The notes: generated from the letters alone by a model not told the origin. Shown: positions 1-10,619, counted from the first letter of the stretch. The stretch: 64,000 bases of DNA from Amnibacterium sp. (GCA_025936735.1 JAICSU010000001.1:4352-68351); one strand, 5' to 3'. Numbers and translations are program-made.

Positions 1-1
1 C

Positions 2-214
2 GTCACGGAGACCGCCGGGTTCCTCCGCACCTCGGGCTTCATCGACGACACCCGCGCCTTCCTCTCGATCCCCGCGCGCCACGACGCGGCACGACGCGCC
101 GACGCCGCATTCCTCGCGCGGTATGTGCGCGAGGGCCGCATCGGCATGGCGGCCGCCGAGCGGATCGCGCACGATCTCGTCGACGCCGTACCCAGAGCGG
201 CGTTCAAGCTGTGA
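2..214 (+). CDS. uxaC: Glucuronate isomerase, C-terminal fragment (5' end outside window)
   Basis: Frame 2 reads VTETAGFLRTSGFIDDTRAFLSIPARHDAARR...AFKL*; GFxDDTRAFxSIPARHD is the UxaC C-terminal signature; TGA overlaps the next GTG. Confidence 0.9.
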   Translation, partial: VTETAGFLRTSGFIDDTRAFLSIPARHDAARRADAAFLARYVREGRIGMAAAERIAHDLVDAVPRAAFKL

Positions 215-1617
215 GCGATTCCGAGGCGGCTCCGCCGCGGCTCTCCCGCACGGCGTTCCCCGCTCCGAGTGCGCCCATCCGCATCGTGCACCTCGGCCTC
301 GGGGCGTTCCATCGCGCGCATCAGGCCTGGTACACGGCGCACGCGCATGACGCGGACGGGTGGGGCATCGCCGCCTTCACGGGCCGCCGTCCCGACGCCG
401 CCGAGGTCCTCGCCGAGCAGGGCGGCCTGTACACGCTCATCGAGCGAGGGCCGGACGGCGACCGCGACGAGGTGGTCACGAGCCTCGTCGAGGCGGTCGA
501 CGGGGCGGACACGGCTCGGCTCGTCGAGCTGTTCCGCGTCCCGGAGCTCGCGGTCGTCACCCTCACCGTGACGGAGGCGGGCTACCGGCTGGACGACGCC
601 GGGCGCCCCGATCTCGCCGACGCGGAGCTCTCCTCCGATCTCGCGGCCCTGCGGGCAGCGATCCGGAGGGGCGATCCGCTCGAGGCGACGACGCCGGCGA
701 CGACGCTCGGCCGGCTCCTCACCGGCCTCGAGAGCCGTCGACGGGCCGGGGGCGGGCCGCTCGCGGTCGTGCCCTGCGACAACCTGCCCCGCAACGGGCC
801 GTTCGTGGGTCGAGGGCTGACGGAGGCCGCCCGGGAGGTCGACGACGGCCTCGCCCGGTTCGTCTCGGGCTCCGTCGCCTTCGTCAGCACGTCGGTCGAC
901 CGCATCACCCCCCGTGTCACGGAGGCGGACGTGGACGCGTTCAACGCCCGCGCCGAACGGCTCGATCGGTCGCCCGTCATCACCGAGCCCTTCGCCGACT
1001 GGGTGCTGAGCGGGCACTTCCCGGCGGGCCGCCCCGCCTGGGAGGACGCAGGCGCCCGGTTCGTGGACGACATCGAACCGTGGGAGCGCCGCAAGCTCTG
1101 GTTGCTCAACGGGGCCCACACCCTGCTGGCGCTCGCCGGGCCGGCCCGCGGCCACGAGACGGTCGCCGAAGCGATCGGTGATCCGGTGCTCCGCGGCGCC
1201 GTCGCGGCGTTCTGGGGCGAGGCGGTCCGCCACCTGCCGGCCGAGCTCGAGACCGCCGCCTACCGCGACGCGCTGCTCGCTCGGTTCGACAACGCCCGCA
1301 TCGAGCACCGGCTGGCCCAGATCGCCCAGGACAGCGACCGCAAGGTGGCCCTCCGGATCGTGCCGGTGGCCGAGGCGGAGCTCCGCGCAGGGCGCACGGC
1401 GTCCGGTTGCGCGTTCGCCCTCGCCGCATGGCTCGACTCGTCGAGATCGGACGCCGCCGGTGACCCTCGCGCACGGATCGGCCGGCTGTCGCCGCTTCTC
1501 GCCGGGAACGCCGGCTTCATGCGGACCGTCATGACGGCGCCGAAGGCCGGCGACCCGTCCCTCAGCACCGCCGCCCTCCGCATGGAGGACGGCACCCCCG
1601 TCGCCCGGCTGCAGTAG
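211..1617 (+). CDS. Mannitol dehydrogenase family protein (likely fructuronate reductase, UxuB-like)
   Basis: [37 protein letters not shown] motifs; lies between uxaC and manD. Confidence 0.9.
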   Translation: MSDSEAAPPRLSRTAFPAPSAPIRIVHLGLGAFHRAHQAWYTAHAHDADGWGIAAFTGRRPDAAEVLAEQGGLYTLIERGPDGDRDEVVTSLVEAVDGADTARLVELFRVPELAVVTLTVTEAGYRLDDAGRPDLADAELSSDLAALRAAIRRGDPLEATTPATTLGRLLTGLESRRRAGGGPLAVVPCDNLPRNGPFVGRGLTEAAREVDDGLARFVSGSVAFVSTSVDRITPRVTEADVDAFNARAERLDRSPVITEPFADWVLSGHFPAGRPAWEDAGARFVDDIEPWERRKLWLLNGAHTLLALAGPARGHETVAEAIGDPVLRGAVAAFWGEAVRHLPAELETAAYRDALLARFDNARIEHRLAQIAQDSDRKVALRIVPVAEAELRAGRTASGCAFALAAWLDSSRSDAAGDPRARIGRLSPLLAGNAGFMRTVMTAPKAGDPSLSTAALRMEDGTPVARLQ

Positions 1618-1640
1618 CCCTCGCGGACAAGGAGAACCCC

Positions 1641-2879
1641 ATGCAGATCGACAAGGCCGAGGTCGTCGTCACGAGCCCGGACCGCAACTTCGTCACTCTC
1701 AAGCTGACCACCGACGACGGGCTCACCGGCCTCGGCGACGCGACCCTGAACGGTCGCGAGCTCGCCGTGGTGTCCTACCTGCGCGACCACGTCGTGCCCC
1801 TGCTGATCGGCCGCGACGCCGCCCGGATCGAGGACACCTGGCAGTTCCTCTACCGCAGCGCCTACTGGCGCCGTGGACCCGTCACCATGGCCGCGATCGC
1901 CGCCGTCGACACGGCGCTGTGGGACATCAAGGGCAAGGCCGCCGGCATGCCCGTGTACCAGCTGCTCGGTGGCGCCTCCCGGACGGGCCTGCTCGCCTAC
2001 GGGCACGCCTCCGGCAAGACGACCGAGGAGCTCTTCGACAGCGTCCGCGAGCATCAGGCGAAGGGCTACCGGGCGATCCGGATCCAGACCGGCGTGCCGG
2101 GACTGAAGTCGATCTACGGCATCGCGTCGAACGCGACCTTCGAGGCGAACACGGGAGTGCGGTACGACCACGAGCCCGCTCAGCGCGGCGCCCTGCCGAA
2201 CGAGGAGGACTGGGACACCCGCTCCTACCTGCGGCACCTGCCCACCGTCTTCGAGGCGGTCCGCAACGAGTTCGGACCCGAGCTGCCCCTGCTGCACGAC
2301 GCCCACCACCGGCTCACGCCCATCCAGGCCGCGAAGCTCGGCAAGTCCCTCGAGCCCTACGACCTCTTCTGGCTCGAGGACGTCACACCCGCCGAGAACC
2401 AGGAGGCGCTGCGCCTCGTGCGGCAGCACACCACCACGCCGCTCGCCATCGGCGAGATCTTCAACTCGGTCTGGGACTACCAGCTGATCATCCGCGAGCA
2501 GCTGATCGACTACGTGCGCAGCGCGGTCACCCATACCGGCGGCATCACCCACCTGAAGAAGGTGCTCGACTACGCGTCGCAGTACCAGATCAAGTCGGGG
2601 ATGCACGGGCCCACCGACGTCTCGCCCGTCGGGATGGCGGCCGCGATGCACCTCGGCCTCGCCATCCACAACTTCGGCATCCAGGAGTACATGCAGCACG
2701 GAGCGAAGACCGACGCGGTCTTCGAGCAGAGCTTCACCTGGCGGGACGGATTCCTGCACCCGGGCGACAAGCCGGGGCTCGGCGTCGACCTGGACGTCGA
2801 CGAGGCGGGCAGGTACCCGTACGTCCAGGCCTACCTGCCCTACAACCGGCTCGCCGACGGCACGGTGCACGACTGGTGA
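1641..2879 (+). CDS. manD: D-mannonate dehydratase (enolase superfamily, ManD/RspA)
   Basis: [33 protein letters not shown]-terminal [10 protein letters not shown]; AAGGAG RBS. Confidence 0.93.
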   Translation: MQIDKAEVVVTSPDRNFVTLKLTTDDGLTGLGDATLNGRELAVVSYLRDHVVPLLIGRDAARIEDTWQFLYRSAYWRRGPVTMAAIAAVDTALWDIKGKAAGMPVYQLLGGASRTGLLAYGHASGKTTEELFDSVREHQAKGYRAIRIQTGVPGLKSIYGIASNATFEANTGVRYDHEPAQRGALPNEEDWDTRSYLRHLPTVFEAVRNEFGPELPLLHDAHHRLTPIQAAKLGKSLEPYDLFWLEDVTPAENQEALRLVRQHTTTPLAIGEIFNSVWDYQLIIREQLIDYVRSAVTHTGGITHLKKVLDYASQYQIKSGMHGPTDVSPVGMAAAMHLGLAIHNFGIQEYMQHGAKTDAVFEQSFTWRDGFLHPGDKPGLGVDLDVDEAGRYPYVQAYLPYNRLADGTVHDW

Positions 2880-2910
2880 GCGGCACGACCCGATCCAGAG
2901 GAGGAACGGC

Positions 2911-3765
2911 ATGACCAGGATCGGCGTCCAGGCGATGATGCTGAAGGACGAGTTCGCGGAGCACGGACCCTTCGAGACCCTCCGGCGGGTGCGGGACATC
3001 GGCTACCGCGCCGTCGAGGTCTCGCAGATCCCGATGACCGCGGCGAACGTCGCCGGGCTTCGCCGGGCGGTCGACGAGCTCGGCATCGACATCGCCGCGC
3101 TGTCCGCGTCGCTCACCGCCCGACCCGGCGGCGAATCGCTCACCGACGACTTCGACAAGATCGTCGCCGACGCGAGGCGCCTCGGCGCCACGATGATCCG
3201 GATCGGCATGCTGCCCGTCGAGGCGATGGCATCGCTCGACGCCCTGCTCGACTTCTGCGACCGGAGCAACGAGGCCGCCCGACGGCTCGCCGACCACGGG
3301 ATCCGCCTCTACTACCACAACCATCACGTCGAGTTCGCGAAGCACGACGGCCGCTACCTGCTCGACGTGATCGCCGACCACGCGCCCGACGTGGGCCTCG
3401 AGATCGACGTGCACTGGGTGCAGCGCGGGGGCCTCGACCCCGTCACCACCCTCCGCAGGTACGGCGACCGCGTCGCGATGGTCCACCTCAAGGACTACCG
3501 GATCGGCTCCCTGCCCTCCGAGGCGGTCGCCGCTCTCGCCGCGGGCGACTCCGCAGCCTTCATGGCCGCGTTCACCGGCGTGGTGCAGTTCGCGGAGGTG
3601 GGGGAGGGCAACCTGGACTTCGCCGCCATCGTGCCGACGAGCGTCGAGATCGGCGCGGAGTACCTGCTCGTCGAGCAGGACGAGCGCTACGGCCGCTCGC
3701 CCCTCGACTGCCTCACCACCTCGCACGACAACCTCGTCGCCCTCGGCTTCGGGGACCTCTTCTGA
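2911..3765 (+). CDS. Sugar phosphate isomerase/epimerase (xylose-isomerase-like TIM barrel)
   Basis: YHNHHVEF, EIDVHW, VHLKD, VEQD motifs; GAGGAGG RBS. Confidence 0.85.
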   Translation: MTRIGVQAMMLKDEFAEHGPFETLRRVRDIGYRAVEVSQIPMTAANVAGLRRAVDELGIDIAALSASLTARPGGESLTDDFDKIVADARRLGATMIRIGMLPVEAMASLDALLDFCDRSNEAARRLADHGIRLYYHNHHVEFAKHDGRYLLDVIADHAPDVGLEIDVHWVQRGGLDPVTTLRRYGDRVAMVHLKDYRIGSLPSEAVAALAAGDSAAFMAAFTGVVQFAEVGEGNLDFAAIVPTSVEIGAEYLLVEQDERYGRSPLDCLTTSHDNLVALGFGDLF

Positions 3766-3776
3766 AGGACGGACGC

Positions 3777-4625
3777 ATGAGCGAGAGATCCTCCGCCGTC
3801 TGGACGCTGTCGGGCTTCGGCGACGAGATCGACGCCGAACCGCGGGTCCAGGTCGCGGTGCTGCAGGCCCTCGGGGCCCGGCACATCGAGGTGCGCAGCG
3901 CGTGGGGCGTCAACGTCGTCGACCTCGACGACGAGCAGCTCGAGCGCCTGCGCGCCGTGCTCCGTGAGCAGGGCATGGCCGTGTCCGCGGTCGCCTCGCC
4001 CATCGGCAAGGTCGACGTCTCCCTCGACCCGGCGGCCGAGGTCGAGCGCCTCCGCCGGGTGATCCGGGTCGCTCACGCGCTCGAGACGCCGTCCATCCGT
4101 GTCTTCTCCTTCTACCCGGGCGCCGGAAGGCGGGCGGTGGACGTCCGTGACGAGGTCCTTCGCCGCATGCGCCTGCTCGCCGACGAGGCGGAGCGCGAGG
4201 GGGTCGTGCTGCTCCACGAGAACGAGAAGGGCATCTACGGGGACGTGCCCGAGCGGGTGCTCGACCTCGTCGAGTCCGTCGGCTCCCCCGCGCTGCGGCT
4301 CGCGTGGGACAACGCCAACTTCGTGCAGGTCGGGGTGCGGCCCTTCACCGACGGCTACGCGGCTCTGCGCCCCTACCTCGACTACCTGCAGGTGAAGGAC
4401 GCGCTCGCCGCTACCGGCGTCGTCGTACCGGCCGGCGCCGGGGACGGGGAGCTGCGTGAGACGCTGACGGCGCTCCGCGACGACGGGTACGCCGGGTTCG
4501 CCTCGCTCGAGCCTCACCTCGGCGACGCGTTCGAGCTCGGCGGCTTCTCGGGCCCGGCCTCGTTCGGGGTCGCCGCTCGCGCGTTCGCGAGCCTGCTGGC
4601 CGACCTGGGGGTGACGACCCGATGA
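3777..4625 (+). CDS. Sugar phosphate isomerase/epimerase (TIM barrel)
   Basis: SGFGDEI, HENEKGIYGD, WDNANF, LQVKD, SLEPHL motifs. Confidence 0.85.
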   Translation: MSERSSAVWTLSGFGDEIDAEPRVQVAVLQALGARHIEVRSAWGVNVVDLDDEQLERLRAVLREQGMAVSAVASPIGKVDVSLDPAAEVERLRRVIRVAHALETPSIRVFSFYPGAGRRAVDVRDEVLRRMRLLADEAEREGVVLLHENEKGIYGDVPERVLDLVESVGSPALRLAWDNANFVQVGVRPFTDGYAALRPYLDYLQVKDALAATGVVVPAGAGDGELRETLTALRDDGYAGFASLEPHLGDAFELGGFSGPASFGVAARAFASLLADLGVTTR

Positions 4626-5653
4626 GCGGATCCGTGCGCAGAGCCGCCGTCATCGGCTGCGGTGACATCTCCACGGTGCACCTCGCCGCCGTCGCCGCCC
4701 TGCCGGACGTCGAGCTCGTCGCCGTGTGCGACCCGGACGACGGGCGGCGGGCCGCCGCCGAGGCGGCCTGGCGGGTGCCCGGCTTCGCCGACCACACGGC
4801 CCTTCTCGAGGTCGCCCGGCCGGATGTCGTGCACATCTGCACGCCGCACGCCACGCATGCGGCGATCGCGATCGACGCGCTCGACGCGGGCGTGCACGTG
4901 GTGCTCGAGAAGCCGCTCGCCCACAGCCGCGACGAGGGCCGCCGCCTGGTGGAGGCCGCCGACCGGTCGGCTGCGCGCATCGCGATCTGCTTCCAGAACC
5001 GCTACAACGCGCCCGTCCAGGCCGCGTACGAGCTCCTGCGATCCGGCTCCCTCGGCGCGGTTCTCGGGGCGTCGGCCACGGTCTTCTGGCACCGGGACGC
5101 CGCCTACTACCGCGACCGGCCGTGGCGCGGCCGGTGGGCGACCGCCGGCGGCGGTCTGCTGATGAACCAGGCGATCCACACCGTCGACCTGCTGCAGTGG
5201 CTGCTCGGGGACGTCGACCAGGTGATCGGCGGCGCGGCGACGCGCCTGCTCGGCCACGTGATCGAGGTCGAGGACACCGCCGATCTGGTTCTGCGGCACG
5301 CCAGTGGTGCGACGAGCACCCTCTTCGCGACGCTCTCCAACGCCGTCAACGCTCCCGTGACCATCGATGTGGTCACCGAGCGGGCGACCCTCGCGCTGCG
5401 CGGCGACCTCACGGTGACGTACGACGACGGAACCACCGAGGTCGTCCCGGAGCGGGCGCTCGCCGGTGGCGACCGTGCCTACTGGGGCGTCTCCCACGAG
5501 CTGCTGATCCGCGACTTCTACGACGGCCTCGATTCGGGACGTCCGTTCTGGATCGACCCGCGGGCGGCGCAGAGGTCCCTCGACATCGTCCAGGACGTGT
5601 ATGACCAGGCCTTCCCCGAGCGGGCCGTCGGAGACGGAGCAGGACGCGCATGA
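4622..5653 (+). CDS. Gfo/Idh/MocA family oxidoreductase
   Basis: VIGCGDIS, LEKPLA, GGGLLMNQAIHTVD; ATGA overlap with upstream gene. Confidence 0.9.
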   Translation: MSGSVRRAAVIGCGDISTVHLAAVAALPDVELVAVCDPDDGRRAAAEAAWRVPGFADHTALLEVARPDVVHICTPHATHAAIAIDALDAGVHVVLEKPLAHSRDEGRRLVEAADRSAARIAICFQNRYNAPVQAAYELLRSGSLGAVLGASATVFWHRDAAYYRDRPWRGRWATAGGGLLMNQAIHTVDLLQWLLGDVDQVIGGAATRLLGHVIEVEDTADLVLRHASGATSTLFATLSNAVNAPVTIDVVTERATLALRGDLTVTYDDGTTEVVPERALAGGDRAYWGVSHELLIRDFYDGLDSGRPFWIDPRAAQRSLDIVQDVYDQAFPERAVGDGAGRA

Positions 5654-6816
5654 CCGGTGCGGTACGACTCGGGATCGTCGGATTCGGCGCTCAGGGGGCG
5701 ATGTACGCGGGGCTGATCGCCGACGGCCGGGTGCCGGGGATGGTGCTCGGCGCCGTCGCGGACACCGACCCCGCGAAGGGGGCGGTGGTGGCCGAGCGCC
5801 ACCCCGGCGTGGAGTTCTTCGACGACGCGCTCGCGCTGCTCGACAGCGGCGCGGTCGACGCGATCGTCACGACCGTGCCGCACTACCTCCACCCCGAGCT
5901 CGCGATGGCGGCGCTCGACCGCGACGTGCACGTGCTCGTCGAGAAGCCGGCCGGGGTCTACACGAAGCAGGTCGCCGCGCTGAACGCGTTCGCGGCGAGC
6001 AAGCCGGAGCTGACCTTCGCGATCATGTTCAACCAGCGGACGAACCCGCTGTACCGGCGGCTGAAGGAGATCCTGGACGCCGGGGAGATCGGGGCGCTCC
6101 GTCGCTCCAACTGGATCATCACCACCTGGTGGCGCCCCCAGGGCTACTACGACCAGAGCGCATGGCGGGCGACCTGGGGTGGCGAGGGCGGGGGCGTGCT
6201 CGTCAACCAGGCACCCCACCAGCTCGACCTGTGGCAGTGGCTCTGCGGGGTGCCGGAGCGGGTGTTCGCGAAGGTCGCCTACGGGTTCCGCCGGGACATC
6301 GCGGTCGAGGACGAGGTGACGGTGGTCGCGGACTACGGCGACGGGGTGACCGGCGTCTTCGTCACGGCCACCCACGATCTGGTCGGCACGGACCGCCTGG
6401 AGATCCTCGGGGACGCGGGCAAGATCGTCGTCGAGGGGAGCCGGACGGCGACCGTCACGCGCCTCGTGCAGCCGGAGCAGGAGCTGAGCGCGGGCATGGG
6501 GATGGACGAGGTTCGTCGGCTCTTCACCGGCGAGCTCGACACGGATCGGCTGTTCAGCACGGAGGTCGTCGAGTTCGAGTCGGCATGGGGCGCTCAGCAC
6601 GCGGCGGTCCTCGAGAACTTCGCGGCGCACATCCTGCATGGCGTGCCGCTGCTCGCTCCCGGTGCGGACGGCATCATCGGGGTTCGGCTCGCGAACGCGA
6701 TCCACCTCTCCAGCTGGCTCGGCCGGGAGGTGCCGCTCGATTTCGACGAGGACGAGTTCGTCGCCCTGCTGAACGACCGGATCCGGAGGGAGGGGTCCTT
6801 CCCCGAACGGAGGTGA
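5650..6816 (+). CDS. Gfo/Idh/MocA family oxidoreductase
   Basis: GIVGFGAQG, VEKPAG, GGGVLVNQAPHQLD; ATGA overlap. Confidence 0.9.
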   Translation: MTGAVRLGIVGFGAQGAMYAGLIADGRVPGMVLGAVADTDPAKGAVVAERHPGVEFFDDALALLDSGAVDAIVTTVPHYLHPELAMAALDRDVHVLVEKPAGVYTKQVAALNAFAASKPELTFAIMFNQRTNPLYRRLKEILDAGEIGALRRSNWIITTWWRPQGYYDQSAWRATWGGEGGGVLVNQAPHQLDLWQWLCGVPERVFAKVAYGFRRDIAVEDEVTVVADYGDGVTGVFVTATHDLVGTDRLEILGDAGKIVVEGSRTATVTRLVQPEQELSAGMGMDEVRRLFTGELDTDRLFSTEVVEFESAWGAQHAAVLENFAAHILHGVPLLAPGADGIIGVRLANAIHLSSWLGREVPLDFDEDEFVALLNDRIRREGSFPERR

Positions 6817-6844
6817 CGACGGGCTGCTCCAGGGGACCGGCGCC

Positions 6845-8113
6845 CTACGCGCTCGGGGCGAGGTAGGACAGGGCGGCCACGACGAGTGCTTCGGTCCCGG
6901 TGGACAGCGTCGGCTCGATGACCGGCGCGAAGAAGGGGGAGTGGTTCACCGGGATGTCCTCGGCTACGCGCCCCGCCGCCGCGGCCGCCCGGTACCTGTC
7001 CGGATCGATCCCGCCGATCCCCCAGTAGGTGTAGGGGACGCCGAGCGCCGTCGGGATGTCGCTGAAGTCCTCGCTGGCGCTCTGCAGGGGCAGCTCGATG
7101 GCCCGCTCGCCGAAGTGGTCGCGGAACGCTGCCGCGACCTTGGCGGTGGTGGCGGCGTCGTTCGTGGTGGTCGGGAACCGGTCGAACATCTCGAACTCGG
7201 GGGCGGTCGGCGCGGCGGAGGCCTCGCACTCCGCTGTGACCACCCGGCGGATCGCGGCCAGGACGCCCGCGCGGGTCTGCTCGTCGTAGGTGCGGATGTT
7301 CAGCTCGAGCACGGCGCGGTCGCCGATGACGTTGCTCTTCGTACCGGCATGGATGCTGCCGACGGTGAGGACCGCCGGCTCGGTCGGGGCGACCTCCCGG
7401 GAGATCACCGTCTGAAGTCGGACGACGATCATCGAGGCGAGGACGACGGGATCGACGGCGGCCTGGGGCATGGAGCCGTGGGCCCCGCGGCCGTGCACCG
7501 TGATGCGCATGCTGTCCGCTGCCGAGAGCACGGCACCGGTCCGGGTGCCGACGATCCCGGCGGGCAGGGGCAGGACGTGCTGCGCGAACGCGACGTCGAC
7601 CGTGCCGACCGCCTCCGCGAGTCCGTCCTCGACCATGCCGCGTGCCCCGTCGCCCACCTCCTCCGCGGGCTGGAACAGGACGACGAGCCCGCCGCGCCAC
7701 TGCTCGCGCGACGCGGCCAGCAGCCCGGCCGCGCAGAGGAGGGTGGCGACGTGGACGTCGTGCCCGCAGGCGTGCATCACCGGAACCGCGGTGCCCTCGC
7801 CGTCGGTGGCGGTGACCGTGCTGGCGTAGGGGAGGCCGGTCTCCTCCCGCACCGGGAGGGCGTCCATGTCCGCGCGGAGCAGGACCGTGGGCCCGTCCCC
7901 GTTGCGGAGCACCCCGACGACGCCCGTCCCGCCGACGGCCGTGGTCACCTCGTAGCCGTCGCTCCGTAATCGCTCCGCGACCGTCGCGGCCGTGGTCGTC
8001 TCCTGGTGCGAGAGCTCGGGATGCTGGTGGAGGTGCCGGTAGAGATCCTCCATGTCCTCTCGGGTGCGGCCGAGACCGGACAGGACCGCTGCGGCGGCCG
8101 AACGAACGTCCAT
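6845..8113 (-). CDS. M20 family amidohydrolase (hippurate-hydrolase-like)
   Basis: HQHPELS, LRADMDALP, MHACGHD, FQPAEE, SEDF, NHSP; GAGGAGGAG RBS. Confidence 0.92.
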   Translation of the reverse strand: MDVRSAAAAVLSGLGRTREDMEDLYRHLHQHPELSHQETTTAATVAERLRSDGYEVTTAVGGTGVVGVLRNGDGPTVLLRADMDALPVREETGLPYASTVTATDGEGTAVPVMHACGHDVHVATLLCAAGLLAASREQWRGGLVVLFQPAEEVGDGARGMVEDGLAEAVGTVDVAFAQHVLPLPAGIVGTRTGAVLSAADSMRITVHGRGAHGSMPQAAVDPVVLASMIVVRLQTVISREVAPTEPAVLTVGSIHAGTKSNVIGDRAVLELNIRTYDEQTRAGVLAAIRRVVTAECEASAAPTAPEFEMFDRFPTTTNDAATTAKVAAAFRDHFGERAIELPLQSASEDFSDIPTALGVPYTYWGIGGIDPDRYRAAAAAGRVAEDIPVNHSPFFAPVIEPTLSTGTEALVVAALSYLAPSA

Positions 8114-8304
8114 CGCTCCTCCTCGATCCCACGAGCATGCCTCCGCGGGGTACCCCTGACTGGGGAGGGACAGGGGACACGGATCCGCCTAGCGTCGGTG
8201 GTACAGGAACTCCCCAGATCGCGCGGGATCGGTCGACTTCGACCCCCGCCGGACGCGCACCCTCGCGACCGCTGCGATCGCCACCCGGAAACGCGCTCTC
8301 ACCC

Positions 8305-9450
8305 ATGTCGATCGACCCACGCCGCTGCGCCTCGCTGGTGGCGACCGTCACCCTGGTGGCCGGCCTCGCGGTGAACGCGGCGCTCGGCTCGGGTGCCGAT
8401 GCCCTGACGGGCCCCGTCGGAGCATCCGCTGCGCAGCCCTCGAGCACCGCGCCCACCCCGCTGCCGGCTGCGGATACCATCCGCACCGCCACGCCCAGCG
8501 CCACGCCCACGCCGACCCCGACTCCTACTCCGTTGCCGGAGCCGGTCGCGACCTCGCTCAGCCGCACGAGCGGCGGTACGGCGGCCCGGCTCACGGTGTC
8601 GATGCGCGGCAGCTCGATGGCCAACGTGGCGCGCGTGGTCGTCGGCGACCAGGATGCGGAGCAGCTGACGCTGCTGTCCCCCACCCAGATCCGCTTCGTG
8701 GTGCCGGAGTCGGACGGCTTCGCTCCGGGTAGCGTCCGGATCTCCCTCGTCTCGGCCACCGACGGCGCATGGATCACCACGCCCTACCGGTGGACCTACG
8801 CCGTGCGGAGCGCGGTCGACCGGGAGATGGCCTACGCCGCCGCGAACTGGGACCGCCACGCGTCCGCCCGATTCGGCTACATCCCGAAGAACGACTGCGT
8901 GAACTTCACCAGCCAGCTGCTCGAGGCCCGCGGCTGGCACGAGTCGGGGGCCTGGTGGAACGACGGTCCCGTGAGCCGTACCGTCCGGGTCAAGAAGACG
9001 GTCATGGTGCCGGTCAAGGTGACCGTCAAGTCGACGGCGAAGGTGCACGGCAAGGCCGTGACGACGGCCGCCGTGAAGACGGTCCGCAAGAAGGTCGTGA
9101 AGACCGTGAAGAAGGTCGTGACCACAGTCGACGCGAGCGCCGCCTGGATCTCCTCGACCGCCATGAGCGACTGGCTCGCCTCACGCCGGGACCTCGCGAC
9201 GCGCCTGACGTACGGCCAGCGGGCCGCCGTGCAGGTCGGCGACATCGTCCAGTTCAACTGGAGCGGGGTCGGCTCGTCGTGGGACCACACGGCGGTCGTG
9301 TCGAAGATCGTGATCGAGCCGAACGGCAGGCAGGACATCTGGTACGCCGAGCACACGAACCACCAGCTCTACGGCGGGTCGATCGGCGCGCTGACCAAGT
9401 TGTCCGGCTACGAGCACATGCGCGTGCAGTTCTGGCGGTTGACTCACTGA
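8305..9450 (+). CDS. Secreted Amidase_6-type (NlpC/P60-like) domain protein with Ig-like domain and Lys/Val-rich insertion
   Basis: Signal peptide, PT linker, NDCVNFTSQ catalytic Cys, GDIVQF, DHTAVV, AEHTN; start set at ATG 8305 (ORF track starts at 8137). Confidence 0.8.
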   Translation: MSIDPRRCASLVATVTLVAGLAVNAALGSGADALTGPVGASAAQPSSTAPTPLPAADTIRTATPSATPTPTPTPTPLPEPVATSLSRTSGGTAARLTVSMRGSSMANVARVVVGDQDAEQLTLLSPTQIRFVVPESDGFAPGSVRISLVSATDGAWITTPYRWTYAVRSAVDREMAYAAANWDRHASARFGYIPKNDCVNFTSQLLEARGWHESGAWWNDGPVSRTVRVKKTVMVPVKVTVKSTAKVHGKAVTTAAVKTVRKKVVKTVKKVVTTVDASAAWISSTAMSDWLASRRDLATRLTYGQRAAVQVGDIVQFNWSGVGSSWDHTAVVSKIVIEPNGRQDIWYAEHTNHQLYGGSIGALTKLSGYEHMRVQFWRLTH

Positions 9451-9474
9451 ATCCCGCCCCGGCGCCGAGGGACG

Positions 9475-9867
9475 CTACGCCTCGCGGAGCAGCCGGAAGT
9501 CCCTCCGCCGCAGCAGCGTGAGAACGAGCCGCGCGGGGAACCCGAAGGCGCGGCGCCCTTCCACGGCTCCGATCGTCTCGATCGCGACGATCCGATGCGC
9601 GGTGCCGCGGACGACCACGTCGCAGCCGCCCGCAGCGACCACGTTCCGGTACCAGTCCACGTGGGGCCCGTAGGTCAGCTCGGCGACGAAACCGCCGGCC
9701 ACCGGCGCCACGATGATCGGTGTCTCGTACGGAGCGCCGGTCCTGCGGCCGACGTGCCGCACGATCGAGATCGGTCCTCGTCCGGTCCGGGCGAGCCGGA
9801 GGGTCGCGTGGTTCAGGGTGCGCTTGATCAGCCACAACCAGCCGTCTCGGACTCGTCCCACGGCCAC
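9475..9867 (-). CDS. Deazaflavin(F420)-dependent nitroreductase-like protein
   Basis: HVGRRTGAPYETP, LTYGPHVDWYRNV motifs; GTG 9867 preceded by GAGGGG. Confidence 0.8.
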   Translation of the reverse strand: MAVGRVRDGWLWLIKRTLNHATLRLARTGRGPISIVRHVGRRTGAPYETPIIVAPVAGGFVAELTYGPHVDWYRNVVAAGGCDVVVRGTAHRIVAIETIGAVEGRRAFGFPARLVLTLLRRRDFRLLREA

Positions 9868-10000
9868 CCCCTCGTGCTGCCCAGGATGAAGCCCGCGGCC
9901 CGTCCTCGCAAGAAGCCGCTCGAGCCGAGCGCGCCGGCCCCGGGGAGAGGAACCATTGCCTGGCACGATCCCACGTGCTCCGGCGAGCGCTGCCCTCCCA

Positions 10001-10016
10001 GGGCAATATGCTGCAC
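10001..10016 (+). promoter_or_regulatory. Putative XRE operator overlapping -10 (TATGCT 10007-10012) of a leaderless promoter
   Basis: GGGCAATATGCTGCAC is an imperfect palindrome; ATG lies 7 nt after the -10. Confidence 0.5.
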
Positions 10017-10019
10017 TGC

Positions 10020-10619
10020 ATGACTGCAGAGGCGCATCCGCTCGCGGCCGCGATCGGCGCCCGCGTCCGGAAGGAGCGGCAGGCCCGCCAGTGGACGCTC
10101 GACGGGCTCGCCGAGGCGGCCGGGGTGAGCAGGCGGTCGGTCGTCAACGTGGAGCAGGGCGAGGCGAACCCGAGCATCGCCACGCTGCTCCGGATCAGCG
10201 ACGCGCTGGGCGTGGGGCTTCCCGCATTGGTCGAGCCGCCTGTGCTGCACGCCCTCAAGGTGGTGCGACGCGCCGATCGGCCCGTACTGTGGCGCGGCGA
10301 CGCGGGGGGCTCCGCCGCGCTGGTCGCGGCCACGGCGCCGCCGGACGTCGTCGAGCTGTGGGACTGGGAGCTCTACCCGGGGGATCGGCACGCGAGCGAG
10401 GCGCACGCGCCGGGCACCAAGGAGCTGCTGCAGGTGCAGGAGGGTGCGGTCACCGTCGAGGTCGGCTCGGAGCCGGTCGCGCTGGAGACCGGAGACGCGA
10501 TCAGCTTCTCGGGGGACGTGCCCCATGCGTACGTCAACGTCGGCTCCCGCGTCGCCCGGTTCTCCCTGGCCGTCTTCGAGCCCGCGGTCGGCCGGACCAC
10601 CGGGCCGGCCCATGTCTGA
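10020..10619 (+). CDS. XRE-family HTH regulator with cupin sensor domain
   Basis: WTLDGLAEAAGVSRRSVVNVEQGEANPS HTH; C-terminal cupin (EAHAPGTKE, GDVPHAY). Confidence 0.9.
   Translation: MTAEAHPLAAAIGARVRKERQARQWTLDGLAEAAGVSRRSVVNVEQGEANPSIATLLRISDALGVGLPALVEPPVLHALKVVRRADRPVLWRGDAGGSAALVAATAPPDVVELWDWELYPGDRHASEAHAPGTKELLQVQEGAVTVEVGSEPVALETGDAISFSGDVPHAYVNVGSRVARFSLAVFEPAVGRTTGPAHV

Noticed and set aside
8114-8304. c-di-AMP (ydaO) riboswitch upstream of the amidase genes (also 48525-48700)
   Set aside because: The conserved GCYGAAUC / GGAAC.GGGG / CCCGUCAGCUAAC blocks were not found
6594-8780. 728-aa minus-strand ORF and many other long Arg/Pro/Gly-rich ORFs (e.g. 27080-29353, 35532-37931, 39485-41623)
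   Set aside because: Shadow frames of real genes in very high-GC DNA; no motifs and low-complexity translations
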